Shown here piece after piece: positions 35,796 to 50,558 of a stretch of DNA of 64,000 bases. Position 1 is the first letter of the stretch. The number at the start of each line of letters is the position of its first letter. The position numbers were made by a program, and so were the translations under genes. Source of the DNA: Raillietiella orientalis (taxonomy: Eukaryota); contig JAYWIR010000015.1 of assembly GCA_036172245.1 (NCBI GenBank), positions 2,790,001-2,854,000 on the forward strand, in the 5' to 3' direction. The notes under the pieces were generated by a model that worked only from the letters and a program-made list of their open reading frames with translations, was not told the DNA's origin and did not search any database.

Positions 35796-35886
35796 AGGAA
35801 CATTCTCACAGCCCGTGTTGACGTTCCGAACAAACTCTTCCTTATCCCCTCACCCTCATTCTAATAGCTGATAACCATTCTGTGCT

Positions 35887-36165
35887 CTAGTCACGAGTCC
35901 CACTAATGCCATCATCCTTACAGCCCCACATTCCATTCTGTCCCATAATAAACCCAACTTCAACAGAGCCTTCCTTGAAAAACGGAAAAGAGCATACCAT
36001 TTCCTCAACCCATCGCATTTCGTTTGCTGTTGAATTCAAGTATTGAAAATCCTCTGCATATGGGAATGCGCGGAACGCACTTACTGACTGATGCAGAGAA
36101 TACAAGAATGCACACGTAAGTACTCGTTCCTGCAACCAATTTATCCCCAGCTTGCAGAACAATTA
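35887..36165 (-). pseudogene. Decayed kekkon-like LRR fragment
   Basis: Single open frame FCKLGINWLQERVLTCAFLYSLHQSVSAFRAFPYAEDFQYLNSTANEMRWV..SFPFFKE resembles the kekkon F.RLGL.NLQK.YL..C.L..I...AF..L..L..LDLS.N.L..V pattern. Confidence 0.5.
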
Positions 36166-37093
36166 GGAATGTAATCCATAATCCTATTTTTCATATCCAC
36201 TTCATAAGCCTCGGACGTAGTGGTAGCACATCCCCGAATGCGGCATCACCCTACCCGTGTATCATCACTGTATCATAGTGTTGGGTCATTAGGCAGGCCA
36301 CAGCAAGCAAACAAGCACAGAAGACCTCAACCACCAAAAAAGCCCTCGTCTAAAGTCCGCCATTTTCACGCAGAGCTCTAAAATTGCAGGATCTCAAATT
36401 AGTGACGGATACTAACTGAGGGGGGTTTTCCCTGGTGAAGGCCAATTCTTTCAGTTCGTCCTGTCCAAGACGCATGGACAGTCACCAAATTTCTTCTGCA
36501 CGAGTGCTGGTGTCAAAGCTTGAGGAATCCACCGAGAATATCTTTTCGAAAATGAAGCTGCAAAAGAGCAGTGCTATGAGGGAATGTTTTCAGACACCTC
36601 GTTAATGAAAATGAGATGAGTTTATTGAACTTCCTGGAGGAATTTTCATATGATTCAACTTATCATTTGTATGATTATGTATGGTCTGCCCGAACCACCT
36701 CGGTTTCTTCTTCAACCTGTTTCTTCTTGCAGAGTCAAGAACGTTTTTGCTTACCAATGCATATGTTTGGAAAATTAGATGAAATAAAAAATTTTGATTA
36801 TTCAAAGAAGTTGCAAACCACTGCATAGTGTGGTAAAAATCAAGTCGGCATTATTTTACTATGTTACAGATTTGTTTTCGGTGGCGATGTGAATGCAGGA
36901 ATCTTTTGTAAAAAACTTCAGTTAACAGAGTATACCATATGCAGAGCTTAAGAACAGAAGCAGAAGAGGAGCATAAATTCTTCAAATATAACCTACATCA
37001 AACTGTGTATGGTGTCTGACTGGGTAAATTGTACACACGCTTGGAACTTCCCTTTGCGGAACGCTGCCACAGACGTTACTCTAAGGTTTAGAG

Positions 37094-39174
37094 CGGTGCT
37101 TCCCAAAGTGGGCGATACCGCCCCCTGATGGGCGCTGCAACGATCCAGGGGGGCGACAGTACCCTCAAGTGCAACTGGGGGGAGTTGAATAAAGATAGGT
37201 GGGGCGGTGAAAGAAGAAAGAGGGGCTGAGGAAATTTTTTTAGAAAAAGCGCTCGCACAAGCCTCATCTGCTGTGTACCACGGAAAGTCGTAGTTAGGTT
37301 AGGTACTTTGTTTCCCAGATGAACACTCAAAATGCAAGTTGCAATCCATTAGTGGTCAAGTCTGCCGACGGGTCTCGTCGAGCACCTGTAAACAGGCGAG
37401 AGCGTGTCGCTCACTGTCGGAGAATCCAGCATCCATCTGCAGGAATGTCATTACTTGCTTAAATTGCGATCCTATTAATGGGCGAAATTATGAGATCAAA
37501 TTTAGAGTGTTCCTGAACCGTGTGAGAAGCAGGAAAAAATAGTTTTGATAAAACAGCAAGTTACACGTGGGTATATGTATACATTTACTTACATATCTAC
37601 CATACGTTTCTGTGTCTTCTAGTGTTTACTACTAATCACATTGTAGCAGGCTTGTATCGGTACAATACTTTTTGAAGTGTGTAGATGATATACCTGTCAA
37701 TTTTTTTATTATAATAGTATAATGAAAACGGGAGACGGAAATCGTAAAAAAAAAAAAAAAAAACACGAATGACAGTTATTTACATTTCATTGCTATCGAA
37801 CCATTTGTGTCATTTGGTAAATATGGCATGTGTTAATGAAGAAAAAAAATATCTCAACAGGCGGAAACTAAATAAAAATTGTAAATAACTGTAACTTTTA
37901 AATTGCAGATTGATGTATTTCCTAAGTTACTTATTTCTTGATTTTAGTTTGTTGTTTGTTATCGATCGCACGTTATGTCGAATGCTCAGCAAAGAACAAA
38001 ACACAGTTTCATGGTTTCATGAGTGTTTCAGTTTTACGCAAAAAACACTGTATAGTACACCTAACTTGGTTCCGGCGAGGGGAAAAGAATTGAATTGAAA
38101 TGATTGCACTTTTGCAATTGTATAACTTGTTATATCACTTGATAATTTTCTACCCTTATTATGATTAACAAACAAACCGATGCATCTTCTTTTTTTACGG
38201 ATGATATCATGGCGAAACCTAAGAAAAAAGGTAGGCAACATTACATTAAATATTTGAGCTATATGGATAATATAATATTGAATATCTGAACTATGGGTCT
38301 CTCCAGTCGCCTACAAGCAACACACTTCTTTTGTACAAACGAAATTGGGGGCTTTGGGAATTCATCCAGGTTCCACATTTATCAACTTTAGAAAAACACG
38401 AGGAAGACTTGTTTACCTACTGTCAGCACTTCGGGGCTCTCCATTCGGACTTAAATCAACGATTTGAAGATATTCTTAATATGGACATACCTGATTGGGT
38501 TTTGGATCCCTTTTCAATTACCAATACAGAAGAATCTCCAAAATTACAAGAACTGATAGAACTAACAAATGATGAATTGAAATTGAAATTTAAAGAGGGC
38601 TACCAACAGTTCTGGCTGCAAAAGCATATACCTACACGCTTCATCCTGGATTATAAGCCATAGCACAAAAGTTTTCAATTGCATTTCCTCCATCGTATTT
38701 AGTGGAGCGTGGGTTCAGTACGGTCCCAAATCTGTTAATTAAAAAAGGGAACCAGCCGCAAATAACTAATCGCAATGATTCAAGAATGGAGCCGACAAAT
38801 ATAGAGCAGAGTTTGAACAAATTGACAGCAGAGCACCAGGTTCATTTTTCTCATTAGAATTATTTTCAATCTTATTCGTGATTTTTATTCTAATATTATC
38901 CTTCGTTATTGTTACTCTCTGTGTGTAATGCGAATGTTGCTGTGGTCGATTTCAATAAATAATTTAAGCTTCAGCATGTTTTATTTGCAACAACATCTTT
39001 TCTTACTATGCTGTAGGACGTTGATAGAAGAAATATAGATACATAAAATAAGGGGAAATTCGTCACCGCATCTTTCTGTTTGTTCACTTAAAGAAGGTAT
39101 GTTTTCGGGGGAGATCTGGGTAATTTTTTTATCTGCAAGGGGGGCGGTAGGTTAGATATGTTTGGGAACCTATG
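37094..39174 (+). mobile_element. Non-autonomous hAT (Buster/Charlie-type) DNA transposon, internally deleted
   Basis: Imperfect TIRs CGGTGCTTCCCAAA / TTTGGGAACCTATG, subterminal GGGGGCG motifs, and 8-bp TSD GTTTAGAG (37086-37093) / GCTTAGAG (39175-39182) fitting the nnnTAnnn Buster target. Contains a transposase remnant. Confidence 0.9.
38209..38857 (+). pseudogene. Buster-family (SCAND3/FAM200/ZBED5-like) transposase remnant
   Basis: N-terminus MAKPKKKGRQ..IEYLNYG is fused near 38330 to the C-terminus YCQHFGALHSDLNQRFEDIL..IPDWVLDPF..LQELIEL..FWLQ. After a frameshift and stop it continues IAFPPSYLVERGFS..HQVHFSH*. The BED finger and catalytic core are deleted. Confidence 0.88.
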
Positions 39175-39182
39175 GCTTAGAG

Positions 39183-39575
39183 TAACGTTTCCGAAACTAT
39201 GTACCGCGGAACACCAGTGTTCCGCGGGAAGGTGTTCCGTGAAAACTTATGAAAATTGATATATTTTAAATGCTGTGCCAAGTTGAAACATGTTTGAAAC
39301 TCAGTCACTTCTCACTTAGCGTGTCAGCTTTCAAATATTGTGCCTGATATCAAAACAATTTGTAATTCAAAGACCCAGAAACATCGAAGTCATTAAGAGC
39401 GTAATTTTACCATACATACGCTAGTTTACTTTACTATTTTCACGTGTTTTGTTTTACATAACTAAAATTTGAGAATAAACTTTCGTTTTGTTTCTTCAAC
39501 TCTTGCATTCAATTATTTAACTTATTTATTATTATGAATATCTACCTGCCCTATAAAATAGCCAAGGTATTCCGT
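39183..39575 (+). mobile_element. hAT-derived MITE copy 1 (right end missing or degenerate)
   Basis: Begins TAACGTTTCCGAAAC, contains palindrome CCGCGGAACACCAGTGTTCCGCGG and a transposase C-terminal tail (QLSNIVPDIKTICNSKTQKHRSH*). Colinear with 61770-62075. Confidence 0.75.
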
Positions 39576-40059
39576 CAAAATACCAGGAAGCTCTGGGCAC
39601 CTTCGCTTCGAGTGTGAGCGATGGCCCTGCCCGCCAACGCTCAAAGCAGCCCGCTGACTTGTGCAGGCGCGCGGACGTGTGCTGTATGCTGAGAAGGCTT
39701 GCAAGATAGCCAGTAATCTCAGCTTGAACGCTTACAGAGCCTGAATTGCTTGCTTGAAGTTCCCGCTTTGAGAATGTCTTCAAAATACGTTGAACTGTAG
39801 GCTGGATTCCTGCGTAATAGGAAGTTTTCTTGAGAAACTGAGAAATAAGGTTGTTACTGAATCTTTAGAACAAAGTCGAGTTGCATTGCATCAATCAATA
39901 ACCGTAAAGAACTAGTATATTAATTTTTTTCTTTTTCTTTTAAATTGCGATAACGCGTTTCCTTGCCATCAGTTTTCCTGAAGTTACTTACATTCGAACG
40001 TACATTCCGTTGATCACATCGTAGTACTTATTGGGGAACTGGTAATTAACGCCTCGAAG

Positions 40060-42207
<2,148 letters not shown>

Positions 42208-42381
42208 CCAAGTAGAATTTCGAAAATCTCACCAGTTGTTTTAGCAAATGCTAATCACCAAGAAGAGTTGGCTGTTGGCAGTGAAATGGAATTCCATTGT
42301 CCCTAATCATCACAGTTCCTTTAGCAACTATGCATGCTACCTCTAGAAGCTAAGAACAAACTCTTATGACCACTATGCGAG

Positions 42382-42387
42382 AATAAA
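42382..42387 (+). promoter_or_regulatory. Probable polyadenylation signal of TMEM209
   Basis: AATAAA ~175 nt after the stop codon, followed by AT-rich sequence. Confidence 0.5.
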
Positions 42388-42869
42388 AGCTTCAATATGT
42401 GGGAAAAAGTACTTTGCGCACATCTCAACTATTATATTCATGGTTTAAAAGTAACATATGATTCTTTTGCATTTTGCGATTATTTGTAATGCTTATGATA
42501 TTTTCATTCACTAATCGTAGTTGACGAAAAACTTATCTTAATTTGTTAACGAATAGTAAGTTTTTTGCATTTGCTTTGTGTGCAAATGGTTCAGACGCAC
42601 TCTTGAAGGATGGGATAATAGGTGAGGGCAACAGGCATATGCAATCCAGTTAGGTTTAGCTTCCAATTCCCCATTTCGAAGCACGCGTTCGAAACGGGGG
42701 AATCTTAGATGATCCGTCTGCCTTGGTGTGGCAGTTTCTCAGTCGTATGGATGGAAACAATTATGAGAAGCTGCTATTCAATTCACTTCCCCACCCCCTC
42801 CAATGTGCTTTTGAAAAAGCCATGCAAAAGAATCTGGTTGATTTCTCGGGGGTTTGCTGAAAAATAAAT

Positions 42870-44200
42870 AATCCCTTAAGTTAAACTCCTTGTTTCCTGC
42901 AGTGATTCGTCTATTAGGTGCTCTCTATGAATAACAAGTGACAAAGGCAACTGTTGGATTCGTGTTGATAACTGGAGACACTTTGAGTGTGTGGTTAGTG
43001 TTTATTAAGCATGCTTGTTACGCCCCTCAAAATAGATCAAAAGACGTGTAAGTCATCGAATCAAGCGGTTGGGATCGATTTCTGCAATTGATTATAACCT
43101 TTAGCTTCGTTCCCAATAAGCAGTTCAATGACGTTGACTACATTATAAAAAAAAAAAAAGGCGGCTATGGAGCCTCACGTGATTTAAGAGCCACCTTGGC
43201 TTTACGGGGACAGAGTTCGTAGAGGTTTCTAAAGGAAGCGAAATACTCATGAGGAATCTTTTCTGTCTTCACCAATGCAGTCTTTGGCGTTTTCCCATCG
43301 TAATAATCGTTTCTTTGGACTCCAGAATCCTCCATGGAAAGTTCTTTTTCCCCCTTTCAGTAGTGCTCATGATCCAGGTATGGTTTGTCGACTCGGGAAT
43401 TTTTGTGTTCAACCTGATTCTGTTTTCCCTCAGGTCGAAAACACGAGAATTCCGGGATCTCCACAATTTATTAAATAGCGGCGGTGCAGTTTGCATCTTC
43501 TCGAAAAGTTTTCATTGAATTCATTCCAGCGTCAGATTCGAATTGCTCACCGTGAATCCTCGTTCTGCTGAACCTCTCAAGATTGGCCTAAAGATGCACA
43601 CATGGAAAAATTTGCCGGGTAGTGTGCTCTTGTAAAATGTGGGCTTCCTCGATTCCGCAGGGAATCGGTGTACAGCAGTGAGCCGAATGATTTCCTGAGA
43701 GAGAAAAGGACGTTTCTGATTTTAAACTGTTTTATTACCGGTATACTATGGATGCATTTAACTTGTCAGCACTGTGGTACGTCTTTTTGCAAAAAGCCGT
43801 ACCATGGTGCTGACGGGCCGCTAATACTTCGTAAGAGACAAAAAATATCAAGGAAACTATATGATATTCCAAAATCCTCTCCAAAGATTGGAATAAATCT
43901 GTTTTTTCCCAACTTCTTGGGATCTCAAAGCACTCGTGTTTTACGCTGCAAATCCTTCACTTCTTGCAAATAGGGAAACGTTGCTTAACACTCTTTTTAT
44001 CTTATACGGAATCTTGTATCTATGAAATCCTGTTTAATAGACCAATCTTTTTGAATGAATTTTCATTGAGGGTGTCATAAATGGCATTAAGAATGCTTTA
44101 TAGAGTTTTTGGAAGCTCTAAAAAGACATCAACGGCATTTTATTCTCTGACGTTTTCTTATAATCCAATAATCCCAACCACAGCAAGAGAGCATCCATCT
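42870..44200 (-). pseudogene. Decayed kekkon-like LRR-Ig gene
   Basis: W..RKRQRIKC, LELPKTL, ENSFKKIGLLN (~44031-44064), LGKNRF.PI...DF, LTLE-NSMKTFREDA, VFDLRENRI, NFPWR, Ig-like VIINCRNRSQP and TAGNKEFNL. Confidence 0.55.
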
Positions 44201-46879
44201 CCGTCGGTATTCATGATGACCTGAACTCTTCATAAATAAGGCAGTAAATTCCAACATGTAATGAGCATTGGCGAAGAGGAACCAAATGCAACTGCTGCTG
44301 CTCCTAAATTCCAATCAATCAGCACGTGGAAACAAACGCGTGGCGAGCATCACGACAACGATAAACGACCCGCGGCCTTTGCACCGATGCATGCGCTCTT
44401 CCATTCGGCATCTGAAGCCTCGCTGCCGTGCATCCACCTTGCTGGAGTCGCTCGCTTCGGAAGCCCAGCGCAGCATCCAGGAGCCCCGTGCCCCGGTGCC
44501 AAGGGCCTCCCCCAACAGTCACTCGAGCCGGTCGGTGAAGCCCTGGTAGGCCAGCCAATTTCTTGCGTGGGACCCAAGCTGAATAACGCGGGTTCTCCGT
44601 GCATCCCGCTCGGAGCTGGAAAGCCCCTCGCGGTGGCTACAAGAATCGCGACCTCTGCGTGTGGACGGGAGACGTCCACAGGCAGAGGCTCCTCAGAACG
44701 AGACGTGACAAAGTACCAACCTTTCCGAAGGGAACCTTCCGGATTTCCAGAGAGGAAGGGATCCACAGAGGCCGTATATGGCCAACGGCGACCTGGGACA
44801 GCAGTGACATGGCAGCTGTAGGACTGTGGTGTGGGGCCGTCGAGTCCTTGTTTCAAGTCTCTCTTCTCATTCTCTTCTGCAGAGGTCTAGGGCCGTGAGT
44901 AAGTGGAAAGAGCAAAGGAGGAGGATAAGCATCTCGGACAGCTGGAAGGCGCGAATAGGAGGCGGAGCCTATCTTCAATCCTGTCCCGTCGAGCCTTCCG
45001 ATCAATGCCGTCGCCTCTCTGGATCGCGAGATGCGGCCGCTAGGAGAATTCGAGGCCCCCATAGGGTTCCTCAAGAGTTCGCAGAGCTGCCCAGGGGTTC
45101 AGGGTCTCTTTTAAGGGGGGGCACTTCCCTCTTCTCCCTGAACTCCAGGAACGTCCGGCTGTATTCTGGATGTTCGGTCCGATGCGACGCCCTCTCCGTA
45201 TCCGTGGCGATGGCAACCTTCCTCCTTCTGGAGGATTTCTCAGGAGAGAAAAGGGGAGCAGGGAGGCGGCGATGAGGCGCCGCACTGCCGACGAAATCTC
45301 TCTCTTCCCGTGCTGGTTGAGTGGAGAGGTCAGAGAGATGAGAGGGGAGGGGACGTAGTCGAAGCAGCCGACGGCGTGGGGGCTACAAGAGTCCAGTCTC
45401 GGACAAGACTTTTGGTTTGACGCGGTGAGGTACACCGAGACCGGGAAGGGAGGAGGAGGGCAAGGAAAAGCTTCCGGAGAGTCTCGCAGCAACGGCAAGA
45501 TGTGCGGTCTCACGGTGGGCAAGGAGCGTCAAGGTGGTGACCGGCAGCTGAGCAGGGTTTTCTCTTGCTGGTGCTGCAAGAAGAGTCCTCCATAAGGCCT
45601 GTTCCCTCTCAGCATCCGAAGTCGTCTCTTCTCTGGAAGGGAGGGAGGAGGATCTGGAAACGAGAATAAGTGGAAGGGCAAGGAGGAGGGGCGGGGGAAA
45701 CCACTGGAAATCTCCCAGGCAACGCCCACTTTTGCCATCTCCCACCGAGGTACCGCTGCTACCTTTTCTTCCTAGAAGTATGGCAGCACGCGCACAGCCA
45801 GCTGGACCGGCTTCCTGCCCCTCGCCGTCTTGAAGCAAACGCCTGAGTGGTGATGGGGCGCTCTCCTATGTCGGAGACTGTTGGAAGGTCGAGATAACAC
45901 CTTGGACAGCTGGAAGGCTCTCTTCGCTGGAGTGCGCGACATCTCGTGGTTGGCCCTTTCGAAACGGAAGGAAACTTTCCTGATCCCTGCTGCTTGTGGT
46001 GGTGGCTTTGTGACTGCCTTTGTTGCTGGTGGCACCGCCATTTGTGGCGGTGCCCCTGCTTGGGGCGACAATGGCAGTGTTGGTGTTGCTGTCTGTGTTG
46101 GCATGGCTGGTGTTGCTGTCGCTTTCCAGTTCGCCGCCGGAGGCGGTGTTACCAGTCTGTCAGTCGGTGTGGCAAACAATTCTCCGAGGTATCACAGGGA
46201 ATCAAACAGCAGATGTTGCCTGGGGGGAGAGTGGATGAGGGTTATCTGAGTGCTCGCGCGAATAGGAGGAGGAGGGGAGGAAGCTGCTGACATGAGGAAC
46301 GGGCAGGGATTCAGCGGATCGGAAGCAGAGCAGATCCTTCGGCTCCAACACTCCGGCGCGGAGACCAACTGGAAATGCGGCCCTAGCTTCCCTTTGCCTC
46401 TCGGGCGATTTCCCGAAAATGCTAAGACTCCCACAGCCATACTTGTCAGTGAAACTTACCGAAGGGAATGGAAACTCTCTCATCGAAGGGAAGCAGTTAC
46501 CGAAGAGACTGGAGACTCTCCCGTCGAAGCCGAAGGCATGAAGAAAGAGGCTGGCCCCACTCTGCAGACGGGAGCAAACCTCGCGAAAGAAGGGAGAAGT
46601 GTTTCCGTCTACAGGCACTCTCAGACTCTCTAGCCATCAGCTTGGTAAGTTTCATGAGAAAGGGAACTTCCCGTGCTGTTTCCTAGCGGATGGTGAATTC
46701 CCAACGATTGGGCGCAGACCCTTCGTATCAAAAGAGGAGGCAGAAGGAAAGGCTAAATTACATCTATCGTTCGCATCCCGTCGCGCATTTCCAGGACAGA
46801 GTAAGTCCAAACAAACACCTTAGCGATAAGTGAATCGCTGCTTCCTAGAAAGACAAATACTTCTCGCTTCCTGGAAGGA

Positions 46880-48350
46880 GCATCGTTGGATGTTAGCATC
46901 TGAACACTGCGAAAGTAAAGCTCACCGTCTGCGCGTTGCCTCTCGCAAGCGGTGTATCAAACTCACCACAGGAGAAGAGCGAAACGGCGACATCGACTAT
47001 TTGTTGGCATCTCATCAGACGGATAAGCAAACCGGGGAGTAGAAAGCAATGCTTTGTTTGTGGTTTCAAGCAAAGCGTCCGAACCATCCAAGTCGGGAGC
47101 CAAAAGAGGGAAAAAAAGGATTTCAGTGAAGGCATCGAGCTCAGCTAAGTACACATTTACTAATACGCGTCGCTAGGGGAAGCTGCCCCGCGTAGTCATT
47201 GAAAGACGCGTAAATCTTGCCGCGAAAGATAATGATTTTCCGCAAGTTTCTCCAACTGTTAACGAATGTCCAATTGCATGAGGAATTTCTCTCCATCTTG
47301 AGAATTTTTCAGTCTGAAAATTACGAATGACTAATGATCGATTTCCTAGAGCAAAATCATGACAAAGAAATCCGGAAGAAATGTTTAAGATCCAGTATGC
47401 ACCCCATATGTCCATAATGCATCAGAATGGCTGCACGGGAATGCTTCCAAGCTCTTCATTTTAATTTTGACTTCATTTCCTGGAAAACTTATCCTACGTT
47501 CCCTGATCTGCTACCTTGTGATCTCCCTTTCGAATTTCAGTTAGTGGATGGCAATTCCGTTTAAGCTGGGATCAAATACGAACTCTGTAATATGTACGAC
47601 TGGCAATTTCTGGCAGACAAAGCGCGATCATGAGGATATTTCCCGGGTATTGAATCTTTGTTAAATGAAACGGAGAGAGGATCAACTTTTTGGATCATCT
47701 TTTGAATTTTCTCTTAAGACTGAAGTGCAATATGAATCCGAATATGAAATCGATGGCCGGAAGTCCTCCACTCTTCTTTCCTTATTCCTTTTTTGTAGGA
47801 GGAGGAAGAAAACAGAAGCATCTCATGAATCTATGTGAAAACATGTATCATCTTTCGGATGGTCATTACTGACAATGGCTCGAATGCTTAAATATCTTTG
47901 CGGAATAGGGATTCGCAGGTTTAAGCACTTTCCATGCATTCCCCATAGCTAAGTGTTCACAATTATTTATTTTCCGTTCATACATTGAGAAAAATTCCTT
48001 CCACAATAGATCATTCATAAACATATGCTGAAACACAGAAAGAATACTTGTTAGAGTTCTGAAGACATCCTTAAGCATGTGGTAACCATGTGTTAATCAT
48101 GAACGCAGCAGTGCGGGCCTATTAACTCCAAATATAGACCATCATTTTGCGTGACAGTGTCTCCCCCTTTCAGGCCTTGAGTTTTAGATGCCCGCTCGAC
48201 GGTTTGAATAAATGGGTTTTGGATCGTGCTCTACGAGTTTTGTTTGGAACCTCCATCCAGAATGACGAACAGAGTGACCTGTCCGTTTCTAGAAACCGAC
48301 TGCAGTTCGCGTAATTGCGGGTTCCCCGAGCCCCGTCAACCCAGTCAGTT
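46880..48350 (-). pseudogene. Decayed kekkon-like LRR-Ig gene
   Basis: WVDG..YANCS..EVP, LKDVFRTL..FQHMFMND, IQKLILS..LTKI, ISFPGNEVK..EAF, P*R (TGG>TAG, 47170-47178), LCLKP, DVAVSLFSC. Confidence 0.48.
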
Positions 48351-48469
48351 ATGATCCAAACATGAGCGGATATGCAGCAGGAGCGATCCCTATGGGCATT
48401 TTGTTCCTCCCTTCCCTTCTGAACTTTACCTTCTTTTCGTTTTTCTTTGCGGCACATTCTTTTCGAGAG

Positions 48470-49390
48470 TCCCCTTCCACTGCTCCTAACCTTCTGACCA
48501 ATTTCCTAGGCATGGAGTGCAGAGGAATCCGACCAGAATGCTAGTGCTGTTCCTACTGAGAAGCTTAAGAAGAATGTTCCTTACCTGGTCCTTGGGATCG
48601 CTCATGAGATGCTCGGTCCTGTCAGACTTTCCTGGTAGAGGTGAGGAAACGTGAGTACGTTTCCGGTTTTCCTCAGGTGTGCATCCCTAAGGAATGTGAG
48701 GAAGGACTGGAGAGAGACCCTCCCGCTTGTCTGGTCTCCACCTCTCCTTCCAGTCAGTTCCTCCGGGGCAAAGCTGCGTTTGCCGTTCTCTGGAGCAACC
48801 AAAGGGTTTCCAGTTTCCAAGTTTCAAGTTTGATGGAGTTGTGGAGCGTTCTGGGAAAAGATCCAGGAAGTCTGATCCATCGCTCAGACGAGCACTTTCG
48901 ATGTGGATTCTCTGAAGCTCGGGACGACGTGCGTTTCCAAGTTTCTGTTCCTCCCACTCTCCCCGTTCCTGTCGAAGATGCCGGGCTTGAAAGGCGCTCA
49001 CGAAGGACAAGCCTCGAAAAGGTGCTTCCGTATAGCCAGTGGTCTACTCGCTTGCTCTGCCGTTTTCTTTGCCTTGTGATCGAAATTCCTTCCCCTGTTC
49101 CTCCCTCTGTATCAACACTCCGTGGTCGGAGCTCCCGTCTCCGATCGGATATGGGTCGAAAACGGGAGATCACCCTGCGGGATTCATGCTGCATCGAAAT
49201 CAGGAGAGCCTGCGCGGGTGCGAAACCGGGAATAGGATGCCGACAACAGACAGGATAGGCAGCACGCGAAACTCGAACCATCGTCCCCTCCACTCGCTCC
49301 TCGTTCACCCAGGAAATCCGTCCCTCGTTCCCCCCTGAGAAGTGCAGCAGGACGTCTGGCACCAGCTGAAAAGGAAAGGGGCACACCACA
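48470..49390 (-). pseudogene. Decayed kekkon-like LRR gene
   Basis: VCPFP..SGGNE, PIPG..AQALLIS, STFSRLVLRERL, KLETLWL/GNPL..SFAP, KTGNVLTFP, LKLLSRN-*H. Confidence 0.38.
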
Positions 49391-50531
49391 TCGAGGATTC
49401 CACCTCGCTCCCACTTCTCCGTTCCTTCCCATTGGCATTCCTCCCTCGCTCCTATATCCGAGAGTCGCAGTTATCTCCATCTCTTTCTGCTTTCCTCGAG
49501 GAACGCGGCTGCTCATGCTAAGAGCCTGGGTTTCCAGTCTCTCTTCACGATGGAGGGAAGTGGACGCAGGCAGCACACTGCCTATTCCTCCCAGAACAGT
49601 GGGTGGCGAGACTCTGGGCTTGCTGAGCCTCCCTAGGAGAAGCCGAAAGGCAGCGTCTCGCGTTTCCGTGCGGAGAATAGGGGTCGGAAGGGTCGGCTTG
49701 TCGACCAAACCTGCAATCTCTGCCGCCACCTCGCGGAGATGGCCTGAGAAGGGTGTTGCGGGACACCATCGTCGGGAGCGTCTAAGATCAGTCATTCGAC
49801 GCGTGCGACCTGTGGGAGGCACCTCCCTCCCCATTTTTCCTTACCTTCTTCCCCCTACCCCGCTCTGCGCGCGCCTTCCATAAACCCCATCAGCAGGGGA
49901 GTCCAGAACTCCGTGCAGACGCGGAGGGAGGAAGGGTTTTGCCATCCTTTGCGATCTGGGCGGGAAGTTGGCAGCGCTTCACTCCTTTTCCTCCTCCTCC
50001 CGGTAGCTTTTCTCGCTCACCTTCCGCAGACGCTTCTGGGAAAGGAACGCTGCGACGGGACGCTTTCCTAATGGTGACACACCGCAGCGGAGGGAACGTC
50101 CCCGCGAACAAACACACGCCACGGACCATGGCGGGTCCTCGTTGCCTCTGCCGTTCAGATTTCGCAAAATAGGGCCTGATCTGGATTCTTCCTCCCGCGA
50201 CGGTGCTTCTGGACACCATCCCTTCTTGGTCTCCTCTTTCTGAAGAAGGGAGGAGGGGCAGAGGCAGTTCTCGGTTCACGGGATCTTGCCCGTCGCTTTA
50301 GTCGGGGACAGCCACTGGAAAGGGTAAAGGGAAGCCTTGCTGCTCCAGAATGCCTGGGGGGAATTCGGAAACAATGATGAGGAGGGCTAGAACTCCTTGC
50401 TGAAGGCACCGGCACGACGTGTCAAGAGTGGGTGAATGCCACCAGTGGGGCCCATCGCGCAGGGGGGAGGCCATTCGAGAGTACACGTGTGACAGAAACG
50501 TGCTGCAGCTGCTGCTGCCCGGAGTGATTCG

Positions 50532-50537
50532 TTTATT
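50532..50537 (-). promoter_or_regulatory. Possible polyadenylation signal of the GPCR
   Basis: AATAAA on the minus strand ~21 nt after the stop codon, in otherwise GC-rich DNA. Confidence 0.35.
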
Positions 50538-50558
50538 GGCCACTGCGGGCCGCTGCCG

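Noticed and set aside
36205..36300. tRNA or tRNA-derived SINE (TAGTGGTAG A-box-like)
   Set aside because: No B-box or cloverleaf.
42666..42703. Short hairpin downstream of TMEM209
   Set aside because: About 13 bp with a mismatch; compatible with chance and no terminator function is expected in this context.
45772..46290. Ala/Thr/Pro-rich minus ORF and Gly/Val/Ala- or Cys/Trp-rich plus ORFs
   Set aside because: Translations of a degenerate GGT/GCT/TGT triplet tract; possibly a fossil cytoplasmic tail but not supportable as a gene.
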